Shown here: positions 18,787 to 29,586 of the stretch, one piece after another
Numbering within the stretch: the first letter of the stretch is position 1
How the letters are laid out: the number at the start of each line of letters is the position of its first letter
IMG/VR virus record: IMGVR_UViG_3300025121_000011
Span: 124,001 to 188,000 of that record
Length of the DNA: 64,000 bases
Reading direction: 5' to 3' (one strand)
Notes under the pieces: generated by a model
Told to the model about the DNA's origin: nothing
What the model saw: only the letters and a program-made list of their open reading frames with translations
Database searches by the model: none
Made by a program: the position numbers and the translations under genes

Positions 18787-21108
18787 ATGAAACTATATAC
18801 AGAATTTCCAGAGTTTATTTATGAAGCACTAATTACTTCGGTAGATTTTAAAAAAGGAATATGTTCTCTTAGTCCTTTATCTCCCGGATTAGACAACCAA
18901 ATTGAAAATGTTCCATTACCACATCATTTAGGAATTGGAAATTCAGGTATATTTCATGGACTTGAAGTTGGCTCTAGAGTTATCGCTGCAAATACTAAGG
19001 GCAGTGGAAGAGAATTTTCTGTTATATTAAGCACTTTGCCAAAAGAAGCTTTATATAAAAATGCCTTTAGATCTGGAAGGAAACCTGATAATACTCCGGC
19101 TGGCACGCTTCCATATCCAGAGCTGGAAGAAGGAAGAATGGTGTTTCGTGGAGGAGAGGGAAATGCTTTATGGTTAATGGAGGATGGAGATATAGACTTA
19201 TCTACTGCTGCTGGTAGTGGATTATTTTATAAAAAAGATAGACTTAAATTTGCACAATATTCAGTAGCTGAGATGCAAATTTATTATTCAAATGCTGGAA
19301 AGCATATTTCAGGAGGAATCAAAAGAACTTCACCAACTCAAATGAGTTTAAGGCCACCGCTAGATGTTGGAGAAACACCCATTGAGTCTGATTTAGAATT
19401 TCATACTCGTTCTGTAGAAATTGGATTCTTCAGTGGTACCAAAGTATACAACAGAAAGACAGGTTTAAAAACTCGAAATCCGCTACTTGCTGAAAAAAGA
19501 TCTATAGTAAATGAATTTTCTGTTGATTCTAAGTTTGCAGGATTTGATAATGAATTATTACGTGGTTCAAGTCTTTCAGGAGTATATGCTAAAGTTAATT
19601 TAAATGGTAGATATAAAGACCCGGGAAACACATTAGATTTGGGACCTGGGCAACTACTTGAAACCATTAGTGGAAATGTTGTATCTATTACTGGAAAAAT
19701 TTTAGATATTAACTATAATCCACTTTCTTATGGAAGACCTCAGAACCGGGCTCCTCTAGCTTTAAGCGCAGAGACTATTGAAATTTCTAAAAAGATAAGT
19801 CGAAGAGGAATAGGTCATCACTTTCAGCTATCTACAGCTAGTGTTAGTACAGAGAAAAATAATTCTACAAATAACTTTGTATTTGATATAGATAAAGAGG
19901 GTTCTTTAAAAATAAATATTCCACGGTCTTCAGATACTGGCAATATATTTTATTCATCTATGGCTGATTTTTCAACTGGTACTCCAACGGTTTCATATAC
20001 AAATGAAAGTAGTAAAGAATTTGTTCCGGTTGTCTTAAGAAATGAATTTGGTGATGTTTTGCTGCCAAAGGCAGATTGGGAAAAGTGGCCATATCGAGAA
20101 ACTGGCATTAGGTTTTCTAACACAGATACAGATCCATATTTCCCATCCGGAACCGAAAGCGCAAGTGTAAGAAATCCAATTAGAATTAATCAAACAAAAT
20201 ATCATAATATGTATGCTACTGCCGAAAGATTACTGGCTTCTATGATTGATAAAATTAACATACCAGAATCCTTTGTTGATGAAAATGGTTTAGCAACAGG
20301 CTTGGCGGCATTAAAATCTTATGAAGTATTATATCCTGAAGAGTATTATACAGAAGATGAAAGTAATATAGATCCAGATTTATTTCCAAGATACATGTCT
20401 GTGGCAATAATTCAGCCACAATCTCCAGCTATATATACCGGAGGAGATACCGTTGTTGGTGGAATGTTATTTAACAAAGATGTCAGTATGTGTTCTAATT
20501 CTTTTAAATTACAAAAAGATGGAAATGGATTTTCTGTTTCTACAGTAGATAGTCAAGGAAATCCTCTTCGTGCGGCAGGGGGCGTTAGTGCTCATCTTAA
20601 TATAGAGGGAGCTATTTATACTTCTATAGGTGCTGATAATATAGACAAAAAGAGTGTAATGGTAGATACTCAAGGAAGTATTGTTTCATGGTTTGGAAAA
20701 GATAAACACGGTAGAAGTATTATAACCCAAACTGATGGAGATGTGCTAATTAACGTAGGTGGGTCATATGAGGGAGCTGGCAGTAGCCGTCCCGTGATGA
20801 ACACTGGTCGACTTGAACTTAGGGTGAATGTAACTGATAAGAAATTCTTAACTACAGATTTTAATACAGAAGAGGGAGATATTACCGAAGATAATGCCAA
20901 TCCCGGCGCATCATCAGATATTATAATTTCTCTAAGTGAAAATGGTATAGTAATTGCTGGTATGAAGCCTGGAATACCAATGGTTATTAGAAATCATGAT
21001 AAGATTTTAATCGAAAGTGCCAGTGAAGAGATTATTTTAAAAGGCACAGATGTACGTTTTATAGATGCATCTGGTAGAACCAAAACTATAAAATCAGAAG
21101 GTAGATAA
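18787..21108 (+). CDS. Baseplate central spike protein (gpV/gp5 OB-fold)
   Basis: After the hub; N-terminal ITSVDFKKGICSL...NVPLP...GLEVGSRVIAA is the gpV-type OB-fold; C-terminal short beta-strands (IRNHDKILIESASEEIILKG). Confidence 0.65.
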   Translation: MKLYTEFPEFIYEALITSVDFKKGICSLSPLSPGLDNQIENVPLPHHLGIGNSGIFHGLEVGSRVIAANTKGSGREFSVILSTLPKEALYKNAFRSGRKPDNTPAGTLPYPELEEGRMVFRGGEGNALWLMEDGDIDLSTAAGSGLFYKKDRLKFAQYSVAEMQIYYSNAGKHISGGIKRTSPTQMSLRPPLDVGETPIESDLEFHTRSVEIGFFSGTKVYNRKTGLKTRNPLLAEKRSIVNEFSVDSKFAGFDNELLRGSSLSGVYAKVNLNGRYKDPGNTLDLGPGQLLETISGNVVSITGKILDINYNPLSYGRPQNRAPLALSAETIEISKKISRRGIGHHFQLSTASVSTEKNNSTNNFVFDIDKEGSLKINIPRSSDTGNIFYSSMADFSTGTPTVSYTNESSKEFVPVVLRNEFGDVLLPKADWEKWPYRETGIRFSNTDTDPYFPSGTESASVRNPIRINQTKYHNMYATAERLLASMIDKINIPESFVDENGLATGLAALKSYEVLYPEEYYTEDESNIDPDLFPRYMSVAIIQPQSPAIYTGGDTVVGGMLFNKDVSMCSNSFKLQKDGNGFSVSTVDSQGNPLRAAGGVSAHLNIEGAIYTSIGADNIDKKSVMVDTQGSIVSWFGKDKHGRSIITQTDGDVLINVGGSYEGAGSSRPVMNTGRLELRVNVTDKKFLTTDFNTEEGDITEDNANPGASSDIIISLSENGIVIAGMKPGIPMVIRNHDKILIESASEEIILKGTDVRFIDASGRTKTIKSEGR

Positions 21109-21110
21109 GT

Positions 21111-24100
21111 ATGTCCAAAATTTTAGCCTCAGCTCTTCCAATTAAACAATTAGAAGAGTGTGGAGAAATAATAAAAATAAACTGTGATGAAGAAGATTCT
21201 CCAAATACTGCACCAAGCGGTTATGAAGTAGTTTTCCCAATAGGTGCTGGCCAAAAATTACCATTATCTGGTGGAGCCATAGTAACATTAGATTTCGGTT
21301 CTATTAAAACAGATATAAATTCAGAAGCACAAACACTGTTAATTAAAGAAGTAGGAATATTATCTGCTTCATCTTTCTCAGCCAATATAGATGGATTGGT
21401 TCAAGCCAGGATAATCGTTAATACAATCATTTATGAAGTTGGAAAACATGCTGCATTAGATAATTCTCCACAAATTTTTATTTCTACTTTATCTGGAGAT
21501 GACAGCAATTTAAATCCAGATAGCTCTAGTGCGGATGTAACAAAGATTTGTGAGTTAAGATATATTCCTGTTGAAATTTTAATAGCAATTGGAAATGCAT
21601 TTTCCTCTTTGGAAGATGCTGGGAATTTTGGAACTTTAGAATCTCCATTATATGGAGCCTCTGGATTGACTTTTAAAGATTTCACAGGAATTTCCGCTTC
21701 TCTTCCGAATTTAACAATTGCAGCAATGATTGACCTACTGCCATTTTATAATATTGAAGAACAAGAGATTGTCAAAAGAAGAGGCAAATCTCCCACTGGT
21801 GGCTATTATACTGTTGTTGGAGATATTGCATATCTTAAGATTCCAGACCTTTCAGGCCGAGATTCTGCGGGATTTGATCCAGATTTGTATAATGAAGATG
21901 AGCAACGAAATTTATATTTTGAAATTTTAAGCGATTCTGTATTAAGTAGAATAACAATTACAGATATAGCACCTCCACCATATGCAATTGTATCAAATTA
22001 TGAAGATGAATTTCCTACTTCTGGAACTTTTATTATAGAAGTAGAATCCGAATCAGAAATTGAACAAGCATACTTATCTTTAATAGTTAACGATATAACT
22101 GTTCCCAAAGTAAAGGGTATGCATGTTTATGGAAATGGCATTGAGTTGGTCACAATTCCAATGCTTACAAAACCTATTTCTTCTTCTTTGGGAGCCTCAA
22201 ATCCAACCTGGAGTTATGAAAACTATATTGGTGATGCACCATCTGTTTCTTTATCAAAGTATTTTAATATCGAATTAACAACTTTACAGTCAGTAGCTTT
22301 AGCTGGTGAGTATGGAAAGTTATCTACTGATAATGATAATATAAGCTTATCATCAGTTCTGGGAGAGCAAAATCGTCCTGAGATTTTATTAGGAGATCGG
22401 TCTCAAATACATTCGATTAAACAAAATGATAAAAAGTATTACAATCCTAAAATGACCATGGCCAGAGACCTGTTGGCCCAAACTAGACCTAGGTTGTACG
22501 AATCCGAAAACATTCCGGTCTCTTGGGTTGCTGGAAGCGTTTCCGGTGGTAATGGAACACAGTCTATAAGTTTTAAAGCTGCTGATTTAAACTCTATTAT
22601 TCAAAGAGGAGAAACTACTGAATTTGCATTATATATTACTAGTGGAAATCAAATCACTAGAGTGCCTGGACCAAACATATCTCTTCGACAAGAAGTACCC
22701 TCTATTACAAGTATAAATCCAAATGGATTTGCCGGTAGTGATCCAATTGAGGAAAGTCGGGTTATTTCTATTTCTGGTGAAAGCTTAAGTAATGTATATC
22801 AAGTTGTATTCAGCTCAGAAGACAGTGGCATTATTCTTAGTTTTAATATCTCATCATATAGTGATGGAGTTCTTACTTCAGTAGATTCAGAAGTTGGCGT
22901 TCTTCTTGGAACAACTGCCTTTTCTATTATAAACATTCCAGATACTATTCTAAATGTATATGTAGAAACTTCTGGTGGAATGATTAGTAATTCTCTGCCA
23001 ATTTATATTAGAAGCACAGATAGTACTATTGTAGTACCACCAGAGCCTCGTGATCAAAGAATAGACTTTGTTTCAGAAGAATTTACTTCCGCATCTTTTT
23101 CTAATAATCCTTCTGGCATTCCATTATTAAGTGATGGACAAAGTGCTGAAATTAAAATCCGTTCTAAGTCTAAAGTATTTTCTGGAAAATATCCAGTATA
23201 TGCGTATTTAGCTTTACCAAATAGTACAGAATGTCAAGAAATCATGAATGAGTTTGATTTAAATATTAGAACTTTTTCTTCTGAATCTATATTGGTAGCA
23301 GCGGGCATAGAATTTCAATTATCAAAAAATAAATTAGATAATTTTTATAGTAATAGTAAAAAAACAGCTACTATTAAATTTCCAGGATCAGATTATTATG
23401 GTTATAACTTTTCACGTTTAGCTGGCCAAAAAACTGCATATTTATTGTTTACAAATGATAGTTTAACAAATTTAACTGGTGATGGCGATTCGTTTGCTTT
23501 AACATCAAATAGTTATAGTTTATTAACTTTGGGTCAAGACAGTACTAGTGATCCAAATGATCCACCAGCATTTGTAAATCCCGGATATATTACTGGTGTA
23601 GTGGCAGAAGTTGGAAATGATCTTATCTATTCTCTCACAAATACTCTACAAGAAGATTTAGATATTAAAACCATTTTTGATGGCAGTTCTATTAGGGTTG
23701 GTGATATTAGCGTATATCAGGCGATTCCTAAGTTGGCACTTATTTTTTCTGGAACTGATATGCCTAGAATGCGCAAAAGACATGATTTCTATCTTGGTGG
23801 TGAAAAATTAAGTAAAATAAAATTAGCTCAACCATTATCAATTAGAGATAATGGAAAAGAAGTTTTGGCTGTATTTAAAAATATAAATAGTAAAAATGAA
23901 GGGGCTTTAAGCCTTGGTGTTGAAGTAAATGATAAACGATTTAATGTAAAATATAATTCTAGCTCTGTTTATGCCTCTTCTACCAGTTGTGTTAAAACTG
24001 GAGCGTTTGGTTTTAATGTAAAAGATAGAAGTATAGCTACTTCCAAATCCATTGTTAATGATGGATCTCCACAAGCAGATATTTCGTTATTAGATAGTTA

Positions 24101-27100
24101 TATTGTAAATAGTTCAACTATTATTGCACCATTAGATTCTTTAATGCAACCATTAGGTGATGGTATCATTACTCAAGATCCAAGTAGCATAACATATTTT
24201 TTACCATATAATCCTATATCTATAGCATCTCAACAGGGTGACATTACTTTAAAAATCTATACTCCTGGAGATTTAACTGAATCAGATACAAAAATTATAG
24301 CTGGCGCAACAAAGGATGATATTTCTATTTTAAATAGACAATATTTAGAAATTCCCAACGGATCTATATATCGCTCTGGACAATATTTAGCTGACTCTCT
24401 TGCTACAAGTGAAATAACCAAAGCATTATTGTTTAATAGAGTCCGTATTGATGAATCAGCGTCTATAAAGTTTAATGTACCAGAAATTATAGGAATGGGT
24501 TTAACACAGGAGGATTTATCTAAAGAGGTCCCAGTTTTTGTACCTGTGCGTTCTGGTGTGAATATTTATGTTAGAGTTAAAAATGTGAAGAAGAATTTTT
24601 CTATAAAAGTAGGCGATGTAGTTTTAAAAACAGTTAGTCCAATTAGAGTTTCAAACCAAATTGCTACTTTTGACGCACAATTTATTGTACCTCCAGCTTT
24701 AGCAGGAACCATATCAATAGATGATTGTATAATCATTTGTGCATCTGGAACAAATTCCGATAGAATGAAAGCAAAGAAAATGTTTGGCTCTGGTTTTGTA
24801 GAATCCATAGAAGATAGAATGAATGCCTTGTTGCTTGGTTTAGCTGGAAAAGTACCTGATATAGATGATCTTAAGGAGCTTCTTAAGAATTCGCCTCTTA
24901 GGTTTTTACAAATAAATCTAGATGTATCTTTGGTTCCTACAGAATTGATAAATAATTTTTGTAACTTATCATTCCAGTTGCTGGCTGATTTAAAGTTAGC
25001 ATTAAATGGATTTCAGGTCTTAATGATTCCTATTCAAGTTATTTTTTGTATTATTGATGTGTTATGTTCTTTGCTGAATCCAGTTAAGACAGCTAAAGCT
25101 ATGATTCGATTATTTGAATGCTTATACGATCTAGTATTATTACTTCCACAAATTTCTATTCCCGTAATGTTTCTGCAACTTATTCTGCATCTTCTTGAAC
25201 TTTTAAAGTGCGTGATTGATAAAATTTTAGGTGTTATTGTCGCTATCAATGAGATTGTAGCAGCAATACAAAAAGCTATTATTGCTAAAAGTTGGGCTTC
25301 ATTAAGAGCTTTAGAAGAAGTTTTATCTGAATATTTATTTACATTAAATGTTGATTTAGATATCTTAGCACCAGTCATCGCTATTTTATCTATTTTTCTA
25401 CAATTATTACAATTAGTATTCAGATTTCCTTGTGAAGTAACACCAAATGATGGCTCTGGTGATTGTCTCATTGATGGAACTATGCTTGCCGGATTGGTAC
25501 AGGGTGTTGTGGCACCAGATGAGGCTATTTTATCTGCAAATCTAATTCCAGTTGCACAAGTTTATACCGAAGATTCTATAGAAACAGCGGTTTCTAATGG
25601 GGGTTCAACGCCTATATATCCTGTCGCAGGAGATGTTATTGCAGTTAATTCTGGTCCAGAGGAAACATATTATGATGATATGAAAGTTGATGAAGAAACA
25701 TTGAGATCAACTAACAATAGAGATTTTAATATAAGCATGGGAGTATCAACAACTAAATCTAAAAAGGGTTTTAAAAATCCTGCTGGTGTAGAATTTGAAT
25801 TCAAAAGTAGATACGCAAATACTTTCTTTGTTAAGAATAAAATCTTTGGACCAGATCAATCGGGCGACTCTCCGCTATTATTAATCGAAGAAGATGGTTC
25901 TAATGAACTAAAAATTGCATCTGGATATGGAAACTTTGTTAGTCCAATTGATATAGAGACTTTTATTACAATTAAAGATGATAAAGGAACCGTCAAATCT
26001 CTTGAGCAAAAAATATTAGTACCCATTTATGAAGTTGATGAAGAAACAGCAGAAGTAACTCAAGCAGGAACCGAAACTGTTACCAGAACATTCGATAGAA
26101 TTCCGAAGATGGCCATTTTAGATGATGAATTTAATCTTTATTTTATAGAAGAAAATGGTATTATTTTTGAAAATAATAATGAAATATCCTCGATTAAAGC
26201 TAGGATGGTTAATGGTGTTTCGGCACCAAAACATAAGTTTTCAAAAGAAGAACAAGATGTCGATATTAATCTTGATGGTACTATAGATGAAGATGACGCC
26301 TCTGCTAATGTATATGATTTTCCACAAATTTATTTTGTTGATATGCGTTCTATACTAAGTGATATAAACGCTTTCTGTGATAATGCATCTATGAATAGCT
26401 TTATTTTGGATGAAGATAATACTGCGGAAATTACTCAAATTATAGAAGAAAGTAAAACATGCTTAGATGAATTTATGGCAATTGTTAAGGGTTTTGGTAC
26501 ATCTATTCGTAATAGTATGAATGAGGGTAAGGTTCCGGACTTAATTGATGTTCCGGCTTTTCAAACAGCAGTAGCATCTTTAATTGCTTGCCTAGGAAAA
26601 AATACAGATGATATTTGCATTTATGTTGTTAATTCTTTAAATACATCTTTCAAGGTATTCGAAGATCAAGATTTGACTCCATCTGAAAAGTATATAGTTC
26701 CTGTATTAAGTTCTGAAATTTTAGACTCTATTGGTTATGCGGAAAATCCTCCTGCAATCACTGGAGCCACAGAGTATGCTGATGGAGATGGGGATAATGC
26801 CATTATTAATTCTGGAGGTAAAGCAACTATTATTGTGGTACCGCGAGATGCAATGGATGTTGAAATTGGCGGAGACTTATCCGATAAAATTTCCTTGGAG
26901 ATTGTTTCAGATCAAACTGGTACTGCGGAAATTATTGTAGAAAATAATATTATCTTTACCAAAAGTGGAAGTAATTATATAGCATATGTCACTGCAACTG
27001 GTGAAGGAGAGGTTAAGCTTAGGGCAAAGGTATGTAATCGAACCATACAAGCTTTAACATATTTTGCAGAGTCTGATTTACCAAATGCTAGTGATTCTAA

Positions 27101-27287
27101 TGTAGATTGTATAAAAGATGTTAGCCAAACTAGTGTTGCAGTTAATGTATCTGGTTTAATAAAAGTTGATAGAATCATATCTGTATTCTTTATAAACAGA
27201 AATAACATCAGGTTATCTGAATCTGAAAATGCTGGAACTTTTGCACAATCTACTCCTCAGACCTTTGGAACTAAACTGGAGAACTAA
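21111..27287 (+). CDS. 2058-aa virion-associated protein with IPT/TIG-like and Ig-like domains and a hydrophobic helical bundle
   Basis: PSITSINPNGF...VISISGESLSNVYQVVF (IPT/TIG); strongly hydrophobic helices at about 24950-25433; Ca-loop-like DINLDGTIDEDD (26262-26297); C-terminal invasin-like GKATIIVVPRD...YIAYVTATGEGEVKLRAKV. Confidence 0.55.
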   Translation: MSKILASALPIKQLEECGEIIKINCDEEDSPNTAPSGYEVVFPIGAGQKLPLSGGAIVTLDFGSIKTDINSEAQTLLIKEVGILSASSFSANIDGLVQARIIVNTIIYEVGKHAALDNSPQIFISTLSGDDSNLNPDSSSADVTKICELRYIPVEILIAIGNAFSSLEDAGNFGTLESPLYGASGLTFKDFTGISASLPNLTIAAMIDLLPFYNIEEQEIVKRRGKSPTGGYYTVVGDIAYLKIPDLSGRDSAGFDPDLYNEDEQRNLYFEILSDSVLSRITITDIAPPPYAIVSNYEDEFPTSGTFIIEVESESEIEQAYLSLIVNDITVPKVKGMHVYGNGIELVTIPMLTKPISSSLGASNPTWSYENYIGDAPSVSLSKYFNIELTTLQSVALAGEYGKLSTDNDNISLSSVLGEQNRPEILLGDRSQIHSIKQNDKKYYNPKMTMARDLLAQTRPRLYESENIPVSWVAGSVSGGNGTQSISFKAADLNSIIQRGETTEFALYITSGNQITRVPGPNISLRQEVPSITSINPNGFAGSDPIEESRVISISGESLSNVYQVVFSSEDSGIILSFNISSYSDGVLTSVDSEVGVLLGTTAFSIINIPDTILNVYVETSGGMISNSLPIYIRSTDSTIVVPPEPRDQRIDFVSEEFTSASFSNNPSGIPLLSDGQSAEIKIRSKSKVFSGKYPVYAYLALPNSTECQEIMNEFDLNIRTFSSESILVAAGIEFQLSKNKLDNFYSNSKKTATIKFPGSDYYGYNFSRLAGQKTAYLLFTNDSLTNLTGDGDSFALTSNSYSLLTLGQDSTSDPNDPPAFVNPGYITGVVAEVGNDLIYSLTNTLQEDLDIKTIFDGSSIRVGDISVYQAIPKLALIFSGTDMPRMRKRHDFYLGGEKLSKIKLAQPLSIRDNGKEVLAVFKNINSKNEGALSLGVEVNDKRFNVKYNSSSVYASSTSCVKTGAFGFNVKDRSIATSKSIVNDGSPQADISLLDSYIVNSSTIIAPLDSLMQPLGDGIITQDPSSITYFLPYNPISIASQQGDITLKIYTPGDLTESDTKIIAGATKDDISILNRQYLEIPNGSIYRSGQYLADSLATSEITKALLFNRVRIDESASIKFNVPEIIGMGLTQEDLSKEVPVFVPVRSGVNIYVRVKNVKKNFSIKVGDVVLKTVSPIRVSNQIATFDAQFIVPPALAGTISIDDCIIICASGTNSDRMKAKKMFGSGFVESIEDRMNALLLGLAGKVPDIDDLKELLKNSPLRFLQINLDVSLVPTELINNFCNLSFQLLADLKLALNGFQVLMIPIQVIFCIIDVLCSLLNPVKTAKAMIRLFECLYDLVLLLPQISIPVMFLQLILHLLELLKCVIDKILGVIVAINEIVAAIQKAIIAKSWASLRALEEVLSEYLFTLNVDLDILAPVIAILSIFLQLLQLVFRFPCEVTPNDGSGDCLIDGTMLAGLVQGVVAPDEAILSANLIPVAQVYTEDSIETAVSNGGSTPIYPVAGDVIAVNSGPEETYYDDMKVDEETLRSTNNRDFNISMGVSTTKSKKGFKNPAGVEFEFKSRYANTFFVKNKIFGPDQSGDSPLLLIEEDGSNELKIASGYGNFVSPIDIETFITIKDDKGTVKSLEQKILVPIYEVDEETAEVTQAGTETVTRTFDRIPKMAILDDEFNLYFIEENGIIFENNNEISSIKARMVNGVSAPKHKFSKEEQDVDINLDGTIDEDDASANVYDFPQIYFVDMRSILSDINAFCDNASMNSFILDEDNTAEITQIIEESKTCLDEFMAIVKGFGTSIRNSMNEGKVPDLIDVPAFQTAVASLIACLGKNTDDICIYVVNSLNTSFKVFEDQDLTPSEKYIVPVLSSEILDSIGYAENPPAITGATEYADGDGDNAIINSGGKATIIVVPRDAMDVEIGGDLSDKISLEIVSDQTGTAEIIVENNIIFTKSGSNYIAYVTATGEGEVKLRAKVCNRTIQALTYFAESDLPNASDSNVDCIKDVSQTSVAVNVSGLIKVDRIISVFFINRNNIRLSESENAGTFAQSTPQTFGTKLEN

Positions 27288-29047
27288 TGGCAGATATTAT
27301 TACAGCAGGTGATAGTAGATTAAATGGTGCTATTAAAAAGGCAACAAGTACTCTTAATAATGCATTTGGAAATGGGGAGGATTTATCTGGACAAGAGTCC
27401 TATAGATTTTTACGAGCAGAGGAGTTGGCGTTTGCTTATGCAAAAGACGCATTAGATGGTCCAACTTTATCTAAAGATTTTCTGGAAATTGCACAATCAA
27501 TAAAAAAAATGCGTTCTAGTTATCTTCCGATTGATTTCTTTAAAACTCCAGATGGAACTTTTGACGCTTCATTAGCAGATGAAATTGGAGAACAAGAATC
27601 ATATGAAAATACCTTTATGCGAATGTTGGGTATGCCATCTACAGCCAATAGTCGCTTAGCTTCTGCTGAAGATTTAATATATATTAGTAATGATGGAAAG
27701 GTTCATATTAATGCCTCTGCTTATGAAATAGAAAAAGAAGTTTTAGATCAGAGAAATAAAGAAAGGCAAAATAGAGGGGTAATTATTAATAATTCTATTT
27801 ATAACATTAATAATTTAACCCCAGAATTTTTAAATACCATTAAACAAGCAGAAGAATCTTTTGATACTGGTGCCGTAGTGGCTGGAGATTTAACTACATC
27901 TGCTGAAGATGAAAATACAATCGCTTCTGAAGCAAGAATTACCAATATAGATAATGACTTATTTAAATTCTCTTATTTATTACTTCCAGCAATTCAAGAT
28001 GAACGTGTTTCTAGCTGTATTAATGAATCAGATAAAATAATTGCAAGCCCATTTTCTCCAGTTGGTGGACGAGTAGTAAATGGAAATAAGGTTCGACCTA
28101 CCTTATTGGAGAGTGTGATTAGAATTCGCTTAGATAGATTATCTGGAACAGATACTTTTTATAATTCTCCAAATGATGATTCTTCTGGGGAGTTATCTAT
28201 TACTTTATCAACTGGTACAGAAGAAATTCCAGTTAATACAAATTCCTATGGAATTTTGGAGTCATTAATAATTTTAAGATTAAGAGCTGCAATCAGTGGT
28301 TTAGCTCAAAGATTGAGTGAAGATATCGATGATGCTATAGAAATATTTGAAAGTATAAGAATAGTACCAGATGATGAATCCTACACTGATAAATCATCTG
28401 GTAGTAAAATAGAACAAGATGATCGAGCTAATAATGGAAGAGATGCAAAGCCAAACGGTGATAATTCTGATGTGGAAGCAGATACATATAAGCAAATTTT
28501 AGAGGATCAGCTTTTGTTGGAAGATGCTATCATGTCTTTATTAGGTGATAATAGTGGAGTTCTTGATTTGCAAATTCAAACCCAACGTAATTCTTCAATG
28601 CATGAAGCTCATTTAATGAGTGGATTGATTGGGATTATCAATCTACCTAGACGCAGGATTCAAAAAGAAATTAATGATCGAAAAGAAAAAAGAAATCAAA
28701 AAGCTGATGGAGCTGGAGGATTTAAAACTACCAATATTAATACAATTATGGGTGTAGCAAATGGTGTTGGAATTGTAGATGTAGCTGTTTTCTCTTTAGC
28801 ATTATTTTCTATGTCTGAAGAAGGTTTAGTTGGATTACTATCTACACAAGATTATGAGAATTTATTATCTAATGATTATTCTTCATTACCAATTTCATCC
28901 ATTTTAAAAAGCGATATGGTGGATTCTGTTAATGAATATTCAAGTCTAGTAATAGCGGGATATAAATTATTTCAAAAAGAATTAAAATCTCATGATCAAG
29001 AATCTTTAACTGGGATTGCTTTATCATATGCCAATAATATTGTATAA
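27287..29047 (+). CDS. Hypothetical protein in baseplate module
   Basis: 586 aa, TAATG-coupled to the 2058-aa gene; mainly helical; no family recognised. Confidence 0.55.
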   Translation: MADIITAGDSRLNGAIKKATSTLNNAFGNGEDLSGQESYRFLRAEELAFAYAKDALDGPTLSKDFLEIAQSIKKMRSSYLPIDFFKTPDGTFDASLADEIGEQESYENTFMRMLGMPSTANSRLASAEDLIYISNDGKVHINASAYEIEKEVLDQRNKERQNRGVIINNSIYNINNLTPEFLNTIKQAEESFDTGAVVAGDLTTSAEDENTIASEARITNIDNDLFKFSYLLLPAIQDERVSSCINESDKIIASPFSPVGGRVVNGNKVRPTLLESVIRIRLDRLSGTDTFYNSPNDDSSGELSITLSTGTEEIPVNTNSYGILESLIILRLRAAISGLAQRLSEDIDDAIEIFESIRIVPDDESYTDKSSGSKIEQDDRANNGRDAKPNGDNSDVEADTYKQILEDQLLLEDAIMSLLGDNSGVLDLQIQTQRNSSMHEAHLMSGLIGIINLPRRRIQKEINDRKEKRNQKADGAGGFKTTNINTIMGVANGVGIVDVAVFSLALFSMSEEGLVGLLSTQDYENLLSNDYSSLPISSILKSDMVDSVNEYSSLVIAGYKLFQKELKSHDQESLTGIALSYANNIV

Positions 29048-29146
29048 TGTTGTGATCATTAAATGTCCTATTTTCAACTGAAATAATCTTTCTATTATTT
29101 TCATAAGATATTTACGAGAAACGATATACTATGGAGATAAGCATTT

Positions 29147-29578
29147 ATGTCATTTGATCTTAAAATAGTTAGAGGTGATATTTCTATTAAGAGTGATGGT
29201 AGTATAGATTTGGTTACTGGAAATAGTAAATTAAAACAAGATATTATTAAAATTATGCTTACATCTTTAGGAGAGAATAAATATCATCCAACCTATGGAA
29301 GTGAAACCGGCTCATTAAAAATTGGATCGGTTTTAGATACTGAAATGATGGAATTAGATTTGTCTTCTTCCGCTGAAGAGGCTGTAAGAAAGATAATGTC
29401 TTTGCAACGAGTTCAAGCTAAAAAGCAATTTTTATCCCCATCAGAAGTAATATTAGAATTAGTTGGAGCTTCTGTAGAAAGAGATGCAGTAGATCCAAGA
29501 ATGTATAATATCTTTATTTCTGTTTTAACAGAAAAACTAGATAACATTACTGAAAATGTAACAGTTAGAATATCCTAG
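29147..29578 (+). CDS. Baseplate wedge protein, gp25/gpW-like (sheath initiator)
   Basis: 143 aa; DLKIVRGDI...KLKQDIIKIMLTSLGENKYHPTYGS motif; directly before gpJ. Confidence 0.85.
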   Translation: MSFDLKIVRGDISIKSDGSIDLVTGNSKLKQDIIKIMLTSLGENKYHPTYGSETGSLKIGSVLDTEMMELDLSSSAEEAVRKIMSLQRVQAKKQFLSPSEVILELVGASVERDAVDPRMYNIFISVLTEKLDNITENVTVRIS

Positions 29579-29586
29579 GAGAAGCC

